A DNA stretch of 64,000 nt from Alphaproteobacteria bacterium (GTDB lineage Bacteria > Pseudomonadota > Alphaproteobacteria > Bin95). How positions within the stretch are numbered: position 1 is the stretch's first letter; every line of letters begins with the position of its first letter. The stretch lies in the NCBI GenBank assembly GCA_965205265.1, contig CBDBGH010000003.1, positions 3,232,001 through 3,296,000 of the forward strand, written 5' to 3'. A model generated the notes under the pieces. The model saw only the letters and a list, made by a program, of their open reading frames with translations. It ran no database searches and had not been told where the DNA came from. Shown here in pieces: positions 55,281 to 64,000 of this stretch. Both the position numbers and the translations under genes were made by a program.

Positions 55281-55889
55281 ATGAGGTCCTGCGGCATGCG
55301 GCGCGGGACGGTGGTGGTGATGCTGCGCGAGGCGCGGCTCGGCGCGGTCAAGACCCGGCTCGGGGCCGATATCGGGCCGGCGCGCGCCACCGCCTTCTAC
55401 CGGCGCATGGCGGCGGAGACGGTGCGCCGGCTGGCGGCGGACCGGCGCTGGCGGGTCGTGCTGGCGGTGACGCCGGACGGGGCGCGCGGCTCCCGGTCCC
55501 GGCGGCTCCGGCGCATCGGGCAGGGCCGGGGCGATCTCGGCCGGCGCATGGACCGGGCGCTCGCCCGCGTGACGCTCCCCGCCCTGCTGGTCGGCAGCGA
55601 CATTCCGGGCCTCCGGCCGCGCCATATCGCGCATGCCTTCCGCCGGCTGTGCGCGGCGCGGGCGGTGTTCGGCCCGGCGGAGGACGGCGGCTTCTGGCTG
55701 GTGGGCATCCGGCAGCGCAGGCGGCTCTTCGCCGGCCCCGTGCGCTGGTCGCATCCCGAAACGCTAGCCGACGCGCTGGCGCAGCTCCCCTTCCCGGCCG
55801 CGCTTGCCGACCGGCTGGCGGATGTTGACGACGGCGCGGCCTGGGCTGCCTATACTCGCCGGCCATGCGCTATTCGATCCTCTCCATAG
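55281..55889 (+). CDS. TIGR04282/DUF2064-type glycosyltransferase
   Basis: GAVKTRL, QGRGDLGRRM, LVGSDIP, FGPAEDGGFWLVG, VRWS, LADVD. Confidence 0.88.
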   Translation: MRSCGMRRGTVVVMLREARLGAVKTRLGADIGPARATAFYRRMAAETVRRLAADRRWRVVLAVTPDGARGSRSRRLRRIGQGRGDLGRRMDRALARVTLPALLVGSDIPGLRPRHIAHAFRRLCAARAVFGPAEDGGFWLVGIRQRRRLFAGPVRWSHPETLADALAQLPFPAALADRLADVDDGAAWAAYTRRPCAIRSSP

Positions 55890-56871
55890 GCGACCACTAT
55901 CCGGGCCGCCCGCGCTCGGTCGCCGGCCTCTATGACGAGGTCATCGGCCAATGCGTGCTCGCCGAAGACCTCGGCTATGAGGCGTTCTTCACCGCCGAGC
56001 ACCATTTCCACGAATACGGCGCCGTGCCGGACCCGGCCGTGCTGCTGGCCGCCATGGCGGCGCGGACCTCCCGTATCCGGCTCGGCACGGCGATCTCGGT
56101 GCTGCCCTTCCGCAACCCGCTCACCGTGGCGGAGAGCTACGCCATGGTGGACATGCTCTCCGGCGGCGGCTGGTGCTGGGCGTCGGCTCCGGCTATCTGG
56201 CGCATGAGTTCGAGGGCTTCGGCGTCTTGCCGGAAGAGAAGCGCGAGCGCTTCGACGAGGCGCTGGAAGTGCTGCGGCTGGCGCTCTCCGGCGGGCCGGT
56301 GAATTTCGACGGGCGCTACCACAAGGTGGAGGGCGTGGCGCTGAATGTCGCCCCGGTGCAGCGCCCGGTGCCGATCCATGTGGCCGTGCTGCGCGCGGAG
56401 GCCGCCTGGCATGTCGGCAGGGCCGGCAATTCCATCTTCTGCGTGCCCTACGCCTCCGTCGCCGGCATGGCGGATGTCGGGACGCTCTTCCGGTCCTTCG
56501 CCGAGGGGCGCGCGGAGGCCGGGCTGGACGGGGCCGGGGACGCCGCGGCCTTCGCCTTCCACACCTTCGTTGCGGAGACCGACGACGAGGCCCGCGAAAT
56601 GGCGGCCGAGGCCTTCGAGCTCTATGTCGCGACCCGGCTCTACGCCCGCCGGCAGGTCTGGGACGACATCATGGCGTCCGGCCTCTCGCTCATGGGCTCG
56701 GTCGAGACCGTGGCGGAGACGCTGCGCCTGCTCGCCGGCTGGGGCCTCGGCCATGTGCTGACCCTGCACAATTTCGGCGGCCTCGCGCCGGAAGCCGTCG
56801 AGCGGTCCATGCGGCTCTTCGCCGAGGAGGCGCTGCCGCGCGCGCTCGCGGCCGGGCCGCGCCTGTCATGA
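55865..56871 (+). pseudogene. LLM-class flavin-dependent oxidoreductase with apparent 1-bp frameshift near 56168
   Basis: AEHHF, RTSRIRLGT, AESYAMVDMLSGG continues as LVLGVGSGY in another frame. Confidence 0.82.
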
Positions 56872-58175
56872 AGACCTCCGACCCCGCCTCCGTCCTCTGG
56901 CAGGCGACCGCCCCGCCGGCCCCGCCGGCGCCCGCGCTCGAAGGCGGGTGCGAGGCGGATGTCTGCGTCGTCGGCGGGGGCTTCACCGGGCTTTCGACGG
57001 CGCTGCACCTGGCCGAGGCGGGCGCGCGCGTCGCGGTCCTGGAGGCGGAGGACCCGGGCTTCGGCGCGTCGGGGCGCAATCACGGCCAGGTGGTGCCGAT
57101 GCTCTCGCGCTACGGGCCGGAGGAGACGGTGGCGCGCTTCGGCCCGGAGGAGGGCGAGCGGTTCAACCGTTTCACCGCCGAGGCGGCGAAGCTGGTCTTC
57201 GAGCTTATCGAGCGCCTCGGCATAGAGTGCGACGCGCGGCCGGTCGGCTGGCTGCTGCCGGTGGACAGCCCGGCCCGCGACGGCATGGTGCGCGCCCGCG
57301 CCGAGGCCTGGGCCGCGCGCGGCATGCCGGTCCGCTACCTGGAGCGCGACGAGACCGAGGCCGTGACCGGCAGCCGCTACTGGCAGGGGGCGCTGCACCA
57401 CGCCTGGGGCGGCAATATCCAGCCGCTCGCCTATGCGCGCGGGCTGGCGAAGGCGGCCATCGGGGCCGGCGCGGCGGTCCATGCCCGCTCGCCCGCAACG
57501 GCGCTCGAACGCACGGGCGGGCGCTGGCGGGTCGAGACGCCCGGCGGCGCGGTGACGGCGGAGCAGGTCGTGCTCGCGACCAACGGCTATACCGGCGGGC
57601 TCTGGCCGGGGCTCAGGCGCGCGGTCGTGCCGTTCCGGATCTTCCTTGCCGCCACGGCGCCCCAGGGCGGCAATGTGCGCCGGCAGATCCTGCCCGGCGA
57701 CATGAGCGTCTCGGACAGCCGCAATATCCTCTGGCCGTTCCGCTGGGACCGGGAGGGCCGCATGGTGATGGGCGGCGACATCGTGCTGCCCTGGCGCGCG
57801 CGCGGCCGCGCCGAGACCGTGGCGCGCCGCCGCCTCCAGGCCGCCTTCCCGGAGCTCGGCGAGGCTGAGTTCGAGTTCGTCTGGGACGGCAAGGTCGCGA
57901 TGACCGTGGACCGGCTGCCGCGCGCCATGGAGCTCGGGCCCGGCGTCTGGACGGCGCTCGGCTACAACGGGCGCGGCGTCGCGCTGGCGACCGCGATGGG
58001 CCGCCTGCTGGCCGGGCGCTGCCTCGAAGGGTTGCAGGCCGACGACCCGGTACCGGCGGCGCTGCGCCGGCCGCATCCCGTGCCGTCGAACCGCCTGGCC
58101 GTGCCGGTCGCCCGCGCCATGCTGCTGCGCTACCGCCGCCAGGATGCGCGCGCGGCCCGCAGCCGGCCGGCCTGA
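56868..58175 (+). CDS. FAD-dependent oxidoreductase (DadA/PuuB family)
   Basis: VVGGGFTGLSTA, GASGRNHG, LATNGY, GYNGRGV. Confidence 0.9.
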   Translation: MKTSDPASVLWQATAPPAPPAPALEGGCEADVCVVGGGFTGLSTALHLAEAGARVAVLEAEDPGFGASGRNHGQVVPMLSRYGPEETVARFGPEEGERFNRFTAEAAKLVFELIERLGIECDARPVGWLLPVDSPARDGMVRARAEAWAARGMPVRYLERDETEAVTGSRYWQGALHHAWGGNIQPLAYARGLAKAAIGAGAAVHARSPATALERTGGRWRVETPGGAVTAEQVVLATNGYTGGLWPGLRRAVVPFRIFLAATAPQGGNVRRQILPGDMSVSDSRNILWPFRWDREGRMVMGGDIVLPWRARGRAETVARRRLQAAFPELGEAEFEFVWDGKVAMTVDRLPRAMELGPGVWTALGYNGRGVALATAMGRLLAGRCLEGLQADDPVPAALRRPHPVPSNRLAVPVARAMLLRYRRQDARAARSRPA

Positions 58176-58211
58176 GGCGCGGGAACGGCGGGGAGCGGCC
58201 GGAGCGGCGGC

Positions 58212-59438
58212 ATGGCTGACAGCGCGTCCCGGTATCCCGCGGCCCGGGCGGCGGCGGCCTTCCTCATCATGGTCGTCGGCACGGCGGGCATGTTCGCCGG
58301 CACGGTCGCCCTCAAGCCGATGCAGGAGGCGTTCGACATCTCGCGCGGCGCGGCGACCCTGCCCTACATGGCGTTCATGGTCGGGTTCGGCCTCGGCGGC
58401 TTCTGGATGGGCCGCTTCGCCGACCGGCTGGGCGCCATGCGGGTCGCGTTCGCCGGCGGGCTGACCCTCGGCCTCGGCTACTGGATCGCCGGGCACGCGG
58501 CCGAGCTCTGGCAGGCGGCGCTGGCGCACGGGCTGCTGATCGGCCTGCTGGGCGCCTCGACCACCATGGCGCCGATGGTCGCGGACACCTCGCTCTGGTT
58601 CGAGCGCCGCCGCGGCCTTGCGGTCGCCATGGTCATCAGCGGCGCCTATGTGTCGGGCATGGTCTGGCCGCCGGTGCTCGAAGCCCTCGTTTACGCCTAT
58701 GGGTGGCGCGACATGTATCTCACGCTCGGGGCGCTGACCTTCCTCTCGCTGCCGCTGCTGGCGCTGGTGCTGCACCGCCCTGCCCCGCGCACCGTGCTGA
58801 CGGGCCCGCTGGAGGCGGCGGAGGCGGCCCGGCCGCTCGGCATGCGGGCGCCGGCGCTCCAGGCGCTTCTCTGCTGCGCGGGGCTCGGCTGCTGCGTCGC
58901 GATGGCCGCGCCCCAGGTCCATGCGGTGGCGATGGCGGACGATATCGGCCTCCGGCCGGCGGACGGCGCGCTGATGCTGTCGCTGATGTACGGGTTCGGC
59001 ATTGTGAGCCGGCTCGGCTCCGGCTGGATATCGGACCGCATCGGCGGCCTGCGCACCCTGGCGCTCGGCTCGGCCGGCCAGGCGGCGGCGCTGCTGCTGT
59101 TCCTGCCGGCGGACGGGCGCATCGCGCTGCTGGTCGTCGCCGGGCTGTTCGGCCTTTCGCAGGGCGGCATCGTGCCGTCTTACGCCATCATCATCCGGGA
59201 GTATTTTCCGGCCCGGCAGGCGGGCGGGCGCATCGGGCTGGCGCTGCTGTTCACCATGCTCGGCATGGCTTTGGGGGCCTGGCTCGCCGGCGCGGTCCAC
59301 GACCTCACCGGCAGCTACCGGGTTGCCTTCGCCGGCGCGGTCGCGGTCAACATCGCGCATCTGGGGGTCGCCGCATTCCTGGTGCGCCGGGCGGCCGCCA
59401 TGCGCCGGTCGGGGGGCGTGGCGGCGCTCGCGGCCTGA
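58212..59438 (+). CDS. MFS transporter
   Basis: About 12 hydrophobic segments, GRFADRLG and GWISDRIG motifs, WFERRRGLA. Confidence 0.9.
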   Translation: MADSASRYPAARAAAAFLIMVVGTAGMFAGTVALKPMQEAFDISRGAATLPYMAFMVGFGLGGFWMGRFADRLGAMRVAFAGGLTLGLGYWIAGHAAELWQAALAHGLLIGLLGASTTMAPMVADTSLWFERRRGLAVAMVISGAYVSGMVWPPVLEALVYAYGWRDMYLTLGALTFLSLPLLALVLHRPAPRTVLTGPLEAAEAARPLGMRAPALQALLCCAGLGCCVAMAAPQVHAVAMADDIGLRPADGALMLSLMYGFGIVSRLGSGWISDRIGGLRTLALGSAGQAAALLLFLPADGRIALLVVAGLFGLSQGGIVPSYAIIIREYFPARQAGGRIGLALLFTMLGMALGAWLAGAVHDLTGSYRVAFAGAVAVNIAHLGVAAFLVRRAAAMRRSGGVAALAA

Positions 59439-59467
59439 GCGGCAACGGACCGACGGGAGGGGAACGG

Positions 59468-60172
59468 ATGACGGAAAGGATAGCACTGGTGGCGGGCGCC
59501 GGGCGGGGCACGGGCGGCTCGGTGGTCCGGCGGTTCGCGGCCGGCGGCTACCGGGTGGCGATGCTCGCGCGGTCCGAATCGCGGCTCAGCGAATACGAGG
59601 CGGCGATTCCCGGCACGCTGGCGATTCCCTGCGACATTACGGACCGCGAGGCGCTAGCCGACGCCGTGGAGCGGGTCCGGCGGACGCTCGGGGACGATCC
59701 GCATGTCGCGGTCCACAACGCCGCGCGCGGCAGCCGGGCCGGCTTCCTCGACCTGGACCCGGCGGACCTCCGGGCCAATTTCGAGGTCAATACGATGAGC
59801 CTCCTCCACCTGGCGCAGCTGACCGCGCCCGCGATGATCGCGCGCGGCGGGGGCGCGCTCATGGTGACCGGCAACACATCGACCTGGCGGGGCATCCCGC
59901 GCTTCTCCGGCTTCGCGCCGACCAAGGCGGCGCAGCGCATCCTCGCCGAGTCGATGGCGCGCGAGCTCGGGCCGAAGGGCGTGCATGTCGCCTATATCGT
60001 CATCGACGCGGTGATCGACCTGCGCTGGACCCGGCGGCGGTATCCCGGCAGGCCGGACGACTTCTTCATCAGGCCGGACGCCATCGGCGAGGAAGTCTTC
60101 CGCATCGCGCACCAGGACCGCTCGGCCTGGTCGTTCAATGTCGAAATCCGCCCTTTCGGAGAGCCCTGGTGA
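59468..60172 (+). CDS. SDR family oxidoreductase
   Basis: GAGRGTG, HNAA, F...KAAQR, ARELGPKGVHV, IRPFGEPW. Confidence 0.9.
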   Translation: MTERIALVAGAGRGTGGSVVRRFAAGGYRVAMLARSESRLSEYEAAIPGTLAIPCDITDREALADAVERVRRTLGDDPHVAVHNAARGSRAGFLDLDPADLRANFEVNTMSLLHLAQLTAPAMIARGGGALMVTGNTSTWRGIPRFSGFAPTKAAQRILAESMARELGPKGVHVAYIVIDAVIDLRWTRRRYPGRPDDFFIRPDAIGEEVFRIAHQDRSAWSFNVEIRPFGEPW

Positions 60173-60633
60173 GCGATACGCCCAAAGGACCGAGTCCCGT
60201 AGGGGAAAGCCGCATCCGCGAGGCCATCGTGCGCGGGCCCTACGGCGTCCATCTCGGCATCGAGCTGGCCGTGCTGGAAGCCGACCGCGCGGTCGTCCGG
60301 CTGCCCTGGCGGCCCGAGCTCGGCAACGGCGCCGGCATCTATCACGGCGGCGCAACGGCCTCGCTGATCGACACCGCCGCCACGGCCGCCGCCTGGACGA
60401 GTCCTTCGGTCGTCGAGGCGACGAAGGGTGCCACGGTCGGGTTCACCGTCAACTTCCTCTCGCCGGGGCTGCAGGGCCGCGGCCTGAGCGCAGAGGCCGT
60501 GGTGTTGCGCCGGGGCGGCTCGCTCACCGTCGTGGACGTGCTGGTGACGGACGATGACGGGCGCAAGATCGCCCGCGGCGTCGTCACCTACAAGCTCGGC
60601 CGGGGCGGCGCATCGGGCACGGCGTTCGATTGA
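60169..60633 (+). CDS. PaaI family thioesterase
   Basis: NGAGIYHGGATASLIDTA, VNFLSP, RRGGSL. Confidence 0.88.
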   Translation: MSDTPKGPSPVGESRIREAIVRGPYGVHLGIELAVLEADRAVVRLPWRPELGNGAGIYHGGATASLIDTAATAAAWTSPSVVEATKGATVGFTVNFLSPGLQGRGLSAEAVVLRRGGSLTVVDVLVTDDDGRKIARGVVTYKLGRGGASGTAFD

Positions 60634-60674
60634 TACGATTGTCGTTCGCTCGACAACTGTCGGCGTCGCGTCTC

Positions 60675-60784
60675 AACCGTCGCCCCGGACCCCGATCCGG
60701 GGCCCAACCTCAGCCGGCTCAGCCTGCTACAGGGCCGGGAGATGGACCCCGGCTCTCCGCTTCGCTCCGGCCGGGGTGACGGTT
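60675..60784. repeat. REP-like palindromic element between convergent genes
   Basis: AACCGTCGCCCCGG ... CCGGGGTGACGGTT arms with internal hairpins. Confidence 0.6.
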
Positions 60785-60828
60785 AGGGGCTTGACCGCAT
60801 ATGCGTTTCAACCCGAACGGATCGTCCG

Positions 60829-61611
60829 TCAGGCCAGCCCGCGCAGGAAGTCGGCGCGCGCCCTGGCGGCGCCCATCAGCAGCGGCAGGTCGTTGCCGGC
60901 GAGCACCAGCCGCGCGCCCATGGCGATATAGCGCCCGGCAAGCTCCTCGTCATAGACGCCGCCCATGCCGGCATGCTTGCCGTTGTTGCGCGCCGCCGAG
61001 ACCACGCGGTCATAGGCGTCGGTGACCCGTTCGTGGCCGAACTGCCCCGGAATGCCCATCGTGGCGCAAAGGTCGTTGGTGCCGATCAAGAGCGCGTCGA
61101 TGCCCTCGACCGAAGCGATCTCGTCCGCCGCTGCGACGGCCTCGGCCGTCTCGATCATCACCACGGTGAGCGTCGCGCCGTTGATGAGCCGCGCGGCCTC
61201 GCCCACCGGCAGCGCCTCGTATTCGAGCTGCGCCATGCCGCCCGCCACCGAGCGCCTGCCGACCGGCGGGTAGAGGCAGTTGTCGCGCACCGCCTCGGCC
61301 TGGGCCCGGCTGTCCACATGCGGCACGACGATGCCCTGCGCGCCGGCGTCCAGCAGTCGGGTCGCATGGAAATGCTCATGCGCCGAGGCGCGCGGGATGG
61401 GCGAAATGCCGGCGTCCAGCGCCGCCGCGCAGATCTGCGCCGCCGTATCGACGGAGAACGCGCCGTGCTCCAGATCGACGAACAGCCAGTCATAACCGCA
61501 GACCGCCGCGATCTTCGCGATCTCGGGCATGCGGGCGAGACGCAGGCCGAGCCCGAGCGCAAGCTCCCCGGCTGCAAGCTTCTCCTTGGTGCGGTTGGCG
61601 ATCAGGGCCAT
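60829..61611 (-). CDS. HpcH/HpaI aldolase family protein
   Basis: DWLFVDLEHG, LDAGAQGIVVPHV, YPPVGRR, VMIET, IGTNDL. Confidence 0.92.
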   Translation of the reverse strand: MALIANRTKEKLAAGELALGLGLRLARMPEIAKIAAVCGYDWLFVDLEHGAFSVDTAAQICAAALDAGISPIPRASAHEHFHATRLLDAGAQGIVVPHVDSRAQAEAVRDNCLYPPVGRRSVAGGMAQLEYEALPVGEAARLINGATLTVVMIETAEAVAAADEIASVEGIDALLIGTNDLCATMGIPGQFGHERVTDAYDRVVSAARNNGKHAGMGGVYDEELAGRYIAMGARLVLAGNDLPLLMGAARARADFLRGLA

Positions 61612-61737
61612 GGCGGCACAACTCCTTGCCTGTTCCGCCCTCCTCATGGCACGAAGTCGAAGCGGCGTCCAATCCTCGGGGGCGCTGTTGGCATGCTGTA
61701 AGGAATACCGGTTTCCGGGGACCGGCGGGGAGTAGCG

Positions 61738-62016
61738 ATGGAGTGGCCGCAGCTGGTGGGGCTGGCGATCCTTGCGGGGCTCGGATTCGTGGTGCATTCG
61801 ACCGTGAAGCTGATGAAGCTGCGCCGGGCGGCGCAGCGCAGGCGACCGCTGATCGAGTTCCGGGAGATCGCCGTGCTGCTGCATCCCGGGCGCTATGACC
61901 CCGAAGAAGTCAGACTGGTTCGACGCAACTTCCTGGCATGTCTCGTCGTGCTGGCGCTGGTGGTCCTGTTTCTGGCTGCAAATCCGGACGGGCTGCGCCT
62001 GGAGGCCCCGGATTGA
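61738..62016 (+). CDS. Small hypothetical membrane protein
   Basis: Two hydrophobic segments; GGGAG upstream of ATG. Confidence 0.55.
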   Translation: MEWPQLVGLAILAGLGFVVHSTVKLMKLRRAAQRRRPLIEFREIAVLLHPGRYDPEEVRLVRRNFLACLVVLALVVLFLAANPDGLRLEAPD

Positions 62017-62079
62017 CGCGGGTTCGGCCGGCCGCCTAATCTGCCGGCGCTCGAACCGAGCCCCCGGAGCGGAACGACC

Positions 62080-62214
62080 ATGATCGAAGAAGACCCCAAC
62101 GAACCGATGCCAGACCGGATGTCCATCTGGACGACGCTTGCCGGCTATGGAGGCGGCGCATTGATCGTCTTCATCATGTTCGAATGGGCGCTCTCCGCCA
62201 CGCAGATCAACTGA
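62080..62214 (+). CDS. Possible 44-aa single-TM protein (not in ORF track)
   Basis: MIEEDPNEPMPDRMSIWTTLAGYGGGALIVFIMFEWALSATQIN; GGAG upstream. Confidence 0.4.
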   Translation: MIEEDPNEPMPDRMSIWTTLAGYGGGALIVFIMFEWALSATQIN

Positions 62215-62229
62215 ACGGCCCGCCGGGCG

Positions 62230-63549
62230 TCAGCTGTCCATCAGCCGCGGCAGGTACAGCACGATATCGGGGAACAGCATCACCAGCGTGAGCCCGATGA
62301 TCTGCAACCCGATAAACGGAAGCACCGACCCGAAAATTTGTTGGAGCGTGATATCCGGCGGCGCGACGCTCTTCAGCCAGAAACAGGCCGGGCCGAACGG
62401 CGGCGAGAGGAAGTAGATCTGGATGTTCATGACGAACAGCACGCCGAACCAGATCGGATCGAAGCCGAGTCCCACGACGACCGGAGCGAAGATCGGCACC
62501 GTGATATAGGCGATCGCGATCCATTCCATGAATGTGCCGAGCACGATCAGGATGCCCATCATCACGAAGATGACGCCAAGCGGCGGCAGGTCGAGGCCCC
62601 TCAACAGGCCCTGCATGAAGTCGTTGCCGCCGATGATGTTGTAGATGCCGACGAAGCTCACGGCACCCAGCACCAGCCAGATGATCGTGCCGACCGTAAT
62701 CATCGTCTTGCGCAAGGCCTCCTGAAGCATCGGCCAGGAGAGCCGCCGGCGCGCCGCGGCGGCGCCCATCGCTCCGAACACGCCGACCGCGGCGGCTTCG
62801 GTTACGGTCGCGATACCGCCGTAGATCGAGCCCAGTATCCACACGATGACCAGCATCGGCAGGATGAGCCCTTTCATCTTGGCCGCCTTTTCGGCCTTCG
62901 ACATGCCGGTGAGGTCGCCGGCGGACAGGGGCGCCAGCTCCGGTTGGAAATGGCACCGGATCAGGATGTAGGAGATATATAGGCTTGCGAGCAGCAGTCC
63001 CGGCAGGAACCCGCCCAGGAACAGGCCCGAAATCGACACATTCGCCGTCAGCCCGTAGATGATCATGATGACCGAGGGCGGAATCAGGGTTGCGAGCGAG
63101 CCGCCGGCGCAGATCGTGCCCATGGCCAGCTTCTTGTCGTAGCCGAGCCGCAGCATTTGCGGCAGGGCGATCAGGCCCAGCATGACGATCTCGCCGCCCA
63201 TGATGCCCGTCATCGCCGCCATTATCACAGCAACCAGGGTGGTCTGGACGGCGACGCCGCCGCGCAAATTGCCGGAGATGATCGACATGGCGTCGAACAG
63301 GTCCTCGGCGACGCCCGAGCGCTCCAGCAGGTTCGCCATGAAGACGAAGAGCGGGACGGCTACGAGGGGATAAGCCTCGAGCAGGCCTTGGGCGTTGGCC
63401 GCCACCAGGAACAGGCCGGGAAGGTCGAAAAACGCCAGCGCCGTGCCAATGGAAACCGTGAGCGTGACGATGCCGAGCGGCATGCCCGTCATCATCAGCA
63501 GGATCATGGAGATGACGATGACGAGCGTCGCGGTCTGGATATCGACCAT
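62230..63549 (-). CDS. dctM: TRAP transporter large permease
   Basis: LVAVPLFVFMA, GSLATLIPPS, GGIATVTEAAAVG, FDPIWFG, LSPPFG. Confidence 0.93.
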   Translation of the reverse strand: MVDIQTATLVIVISMILLMMTGMPLGIVTLTVSIGTALAFFDLPGLFLVAANAQGLLEAYPLVAVPLFVFMANLLERSGVAEDLFDAMSIISGNLRGGVAVQTTLVAVIMAAMTGIMGGEIVMLGLIALPQMLRLGYDKKLAMGTICAGGSLATLIPPSVIMIIYGLTANVSISGLFLGGFLPGLLLASLYISYILIRCHFQPELAPLSAGDLTGMSKAEKAAKMKGLILPMLVIVWILGSIYGGIATVTEAAAVGVFGAMGAAAARRRLSWPMLQEALRKTMITVGTIIWLVLGAVSFVGIYNIIGGNDFMQGLLRGLDLPPLGVIFVMMGILIVLGTFMEWIAIAYITVPIFAPVVVGLGFDPIWFGVLFVMNIQIYFLSPPFGPACFWLKSVAPPDITLQQIFGSVLPFIGLQIIGLTLVMLFPDIVLYLPRLMDS

Positions 63550-63554
63550 ACCGG

Positions 63555-64000
63555 TCAGTCTCCCGGCTGCCGGGTGCTTTTGGGAACGCTCTCGTCCCTG
63601 AAATGCTTGGCGAGATTGACGATCAGCTGGACGCCGTAGATCAGCGCGCCAACGAAAAGCAGCGTCTTAAGGATGGCCGGCTCGGGCGAATTGAATGAAG
63701 TGCCGCTTCGCTCCACGGCGCCGAGCGCATCGATCATCGGATGCCAGAGCGCATAGACGAAGGTCCACATCGCCGCGAGGCTGACAATCAGGATGAACAG
63801 GTCGAGCCACCATCGCCCGCGCCCCTGGACGCGCTCATAGAGGACAGTGATCGAGATATGGGAGCGGCGCATGGTGATGTAGCCGCCCGACAGCGCCCAC
63901 GCCGATGCGCAGACGACCATCACGACCTCGAACGCCCACTGTGTCGGCGCATTGAAGAAGTAGCGGCGCACGACCTCGTAAACCGTGACGGCGGCGCAGA
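63555..64000 (-). CDS. dctQ: TRAP transporter small permease (5' end beyond window)
   Basis: YEVVRRYFFNAPTQWAFE, HISIT, ERSGTSFN; upstream of dctM. Confidence 0.88.
   Translation of the reverse strand, partial: CAAVTVYEVVRRYFFNAPTQWAFEVVMVVCASAWALSGGYITMRRSHISITVLYERVQGRGRWWLDLFILIVSLAAMWTFVYALWHPMIDALGAVERSGTSFNSPEPAILKTLLFVGALIYGVQLIVNLAKHFRDESVPKSTRQPGD

Overview
High-GC chromosomal window, probably alphaproteobacterial (inferred from gene content and REP-type repeats). Left arm: the end of pstA-pstB-phoU-phoB, then GST/VOC/phytochelatin-synthase-like genes, ruvX, and a catabolic block (NtaA/DmoA monooxygenase, nitroreductase, carnitine dehydrogenase, BKACE). An IS1634-family element there sits between 454-bp direct repeats. 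The centre (about 12.6-53.8 kb) is accessory. It holds a type I-C CRISPR-Cas locus whose cas8c 3' end, cas7/4/1/2 and leader are missing at a second copy of the same IS, and a 33-spacer array with an IS1380-family element inside one repeat. Next comes a ~29-kb F-type conjugative element (MOBF relaxase, traD, traG to traA, traC frameshifted) with two tandem tyrosine integrases and no replicon, i.e. an ICE. Its tra operon is headed by a Cro-Cro-Xis-like fusion gene divergent from a CI/S24 repressor. It also carries a HEPN two-gene module, a catalytically degenerate HD protein and a candidate entry-exclusion gene. Right arm: a TIGR04283/TIGR04282 glycosyltransferase pair split by a REP cluster, LLM/FAD/MFS/SDR/PaaI genes, HpcH aldolase and TRAP dctM/dctQ. 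A recurrent unexplained pattern is small insertions flanked by 17-35 bp duplications of the neighbouring gene's start or stop region (three cases). All calls were made by eye from motifs; no database searches were run.
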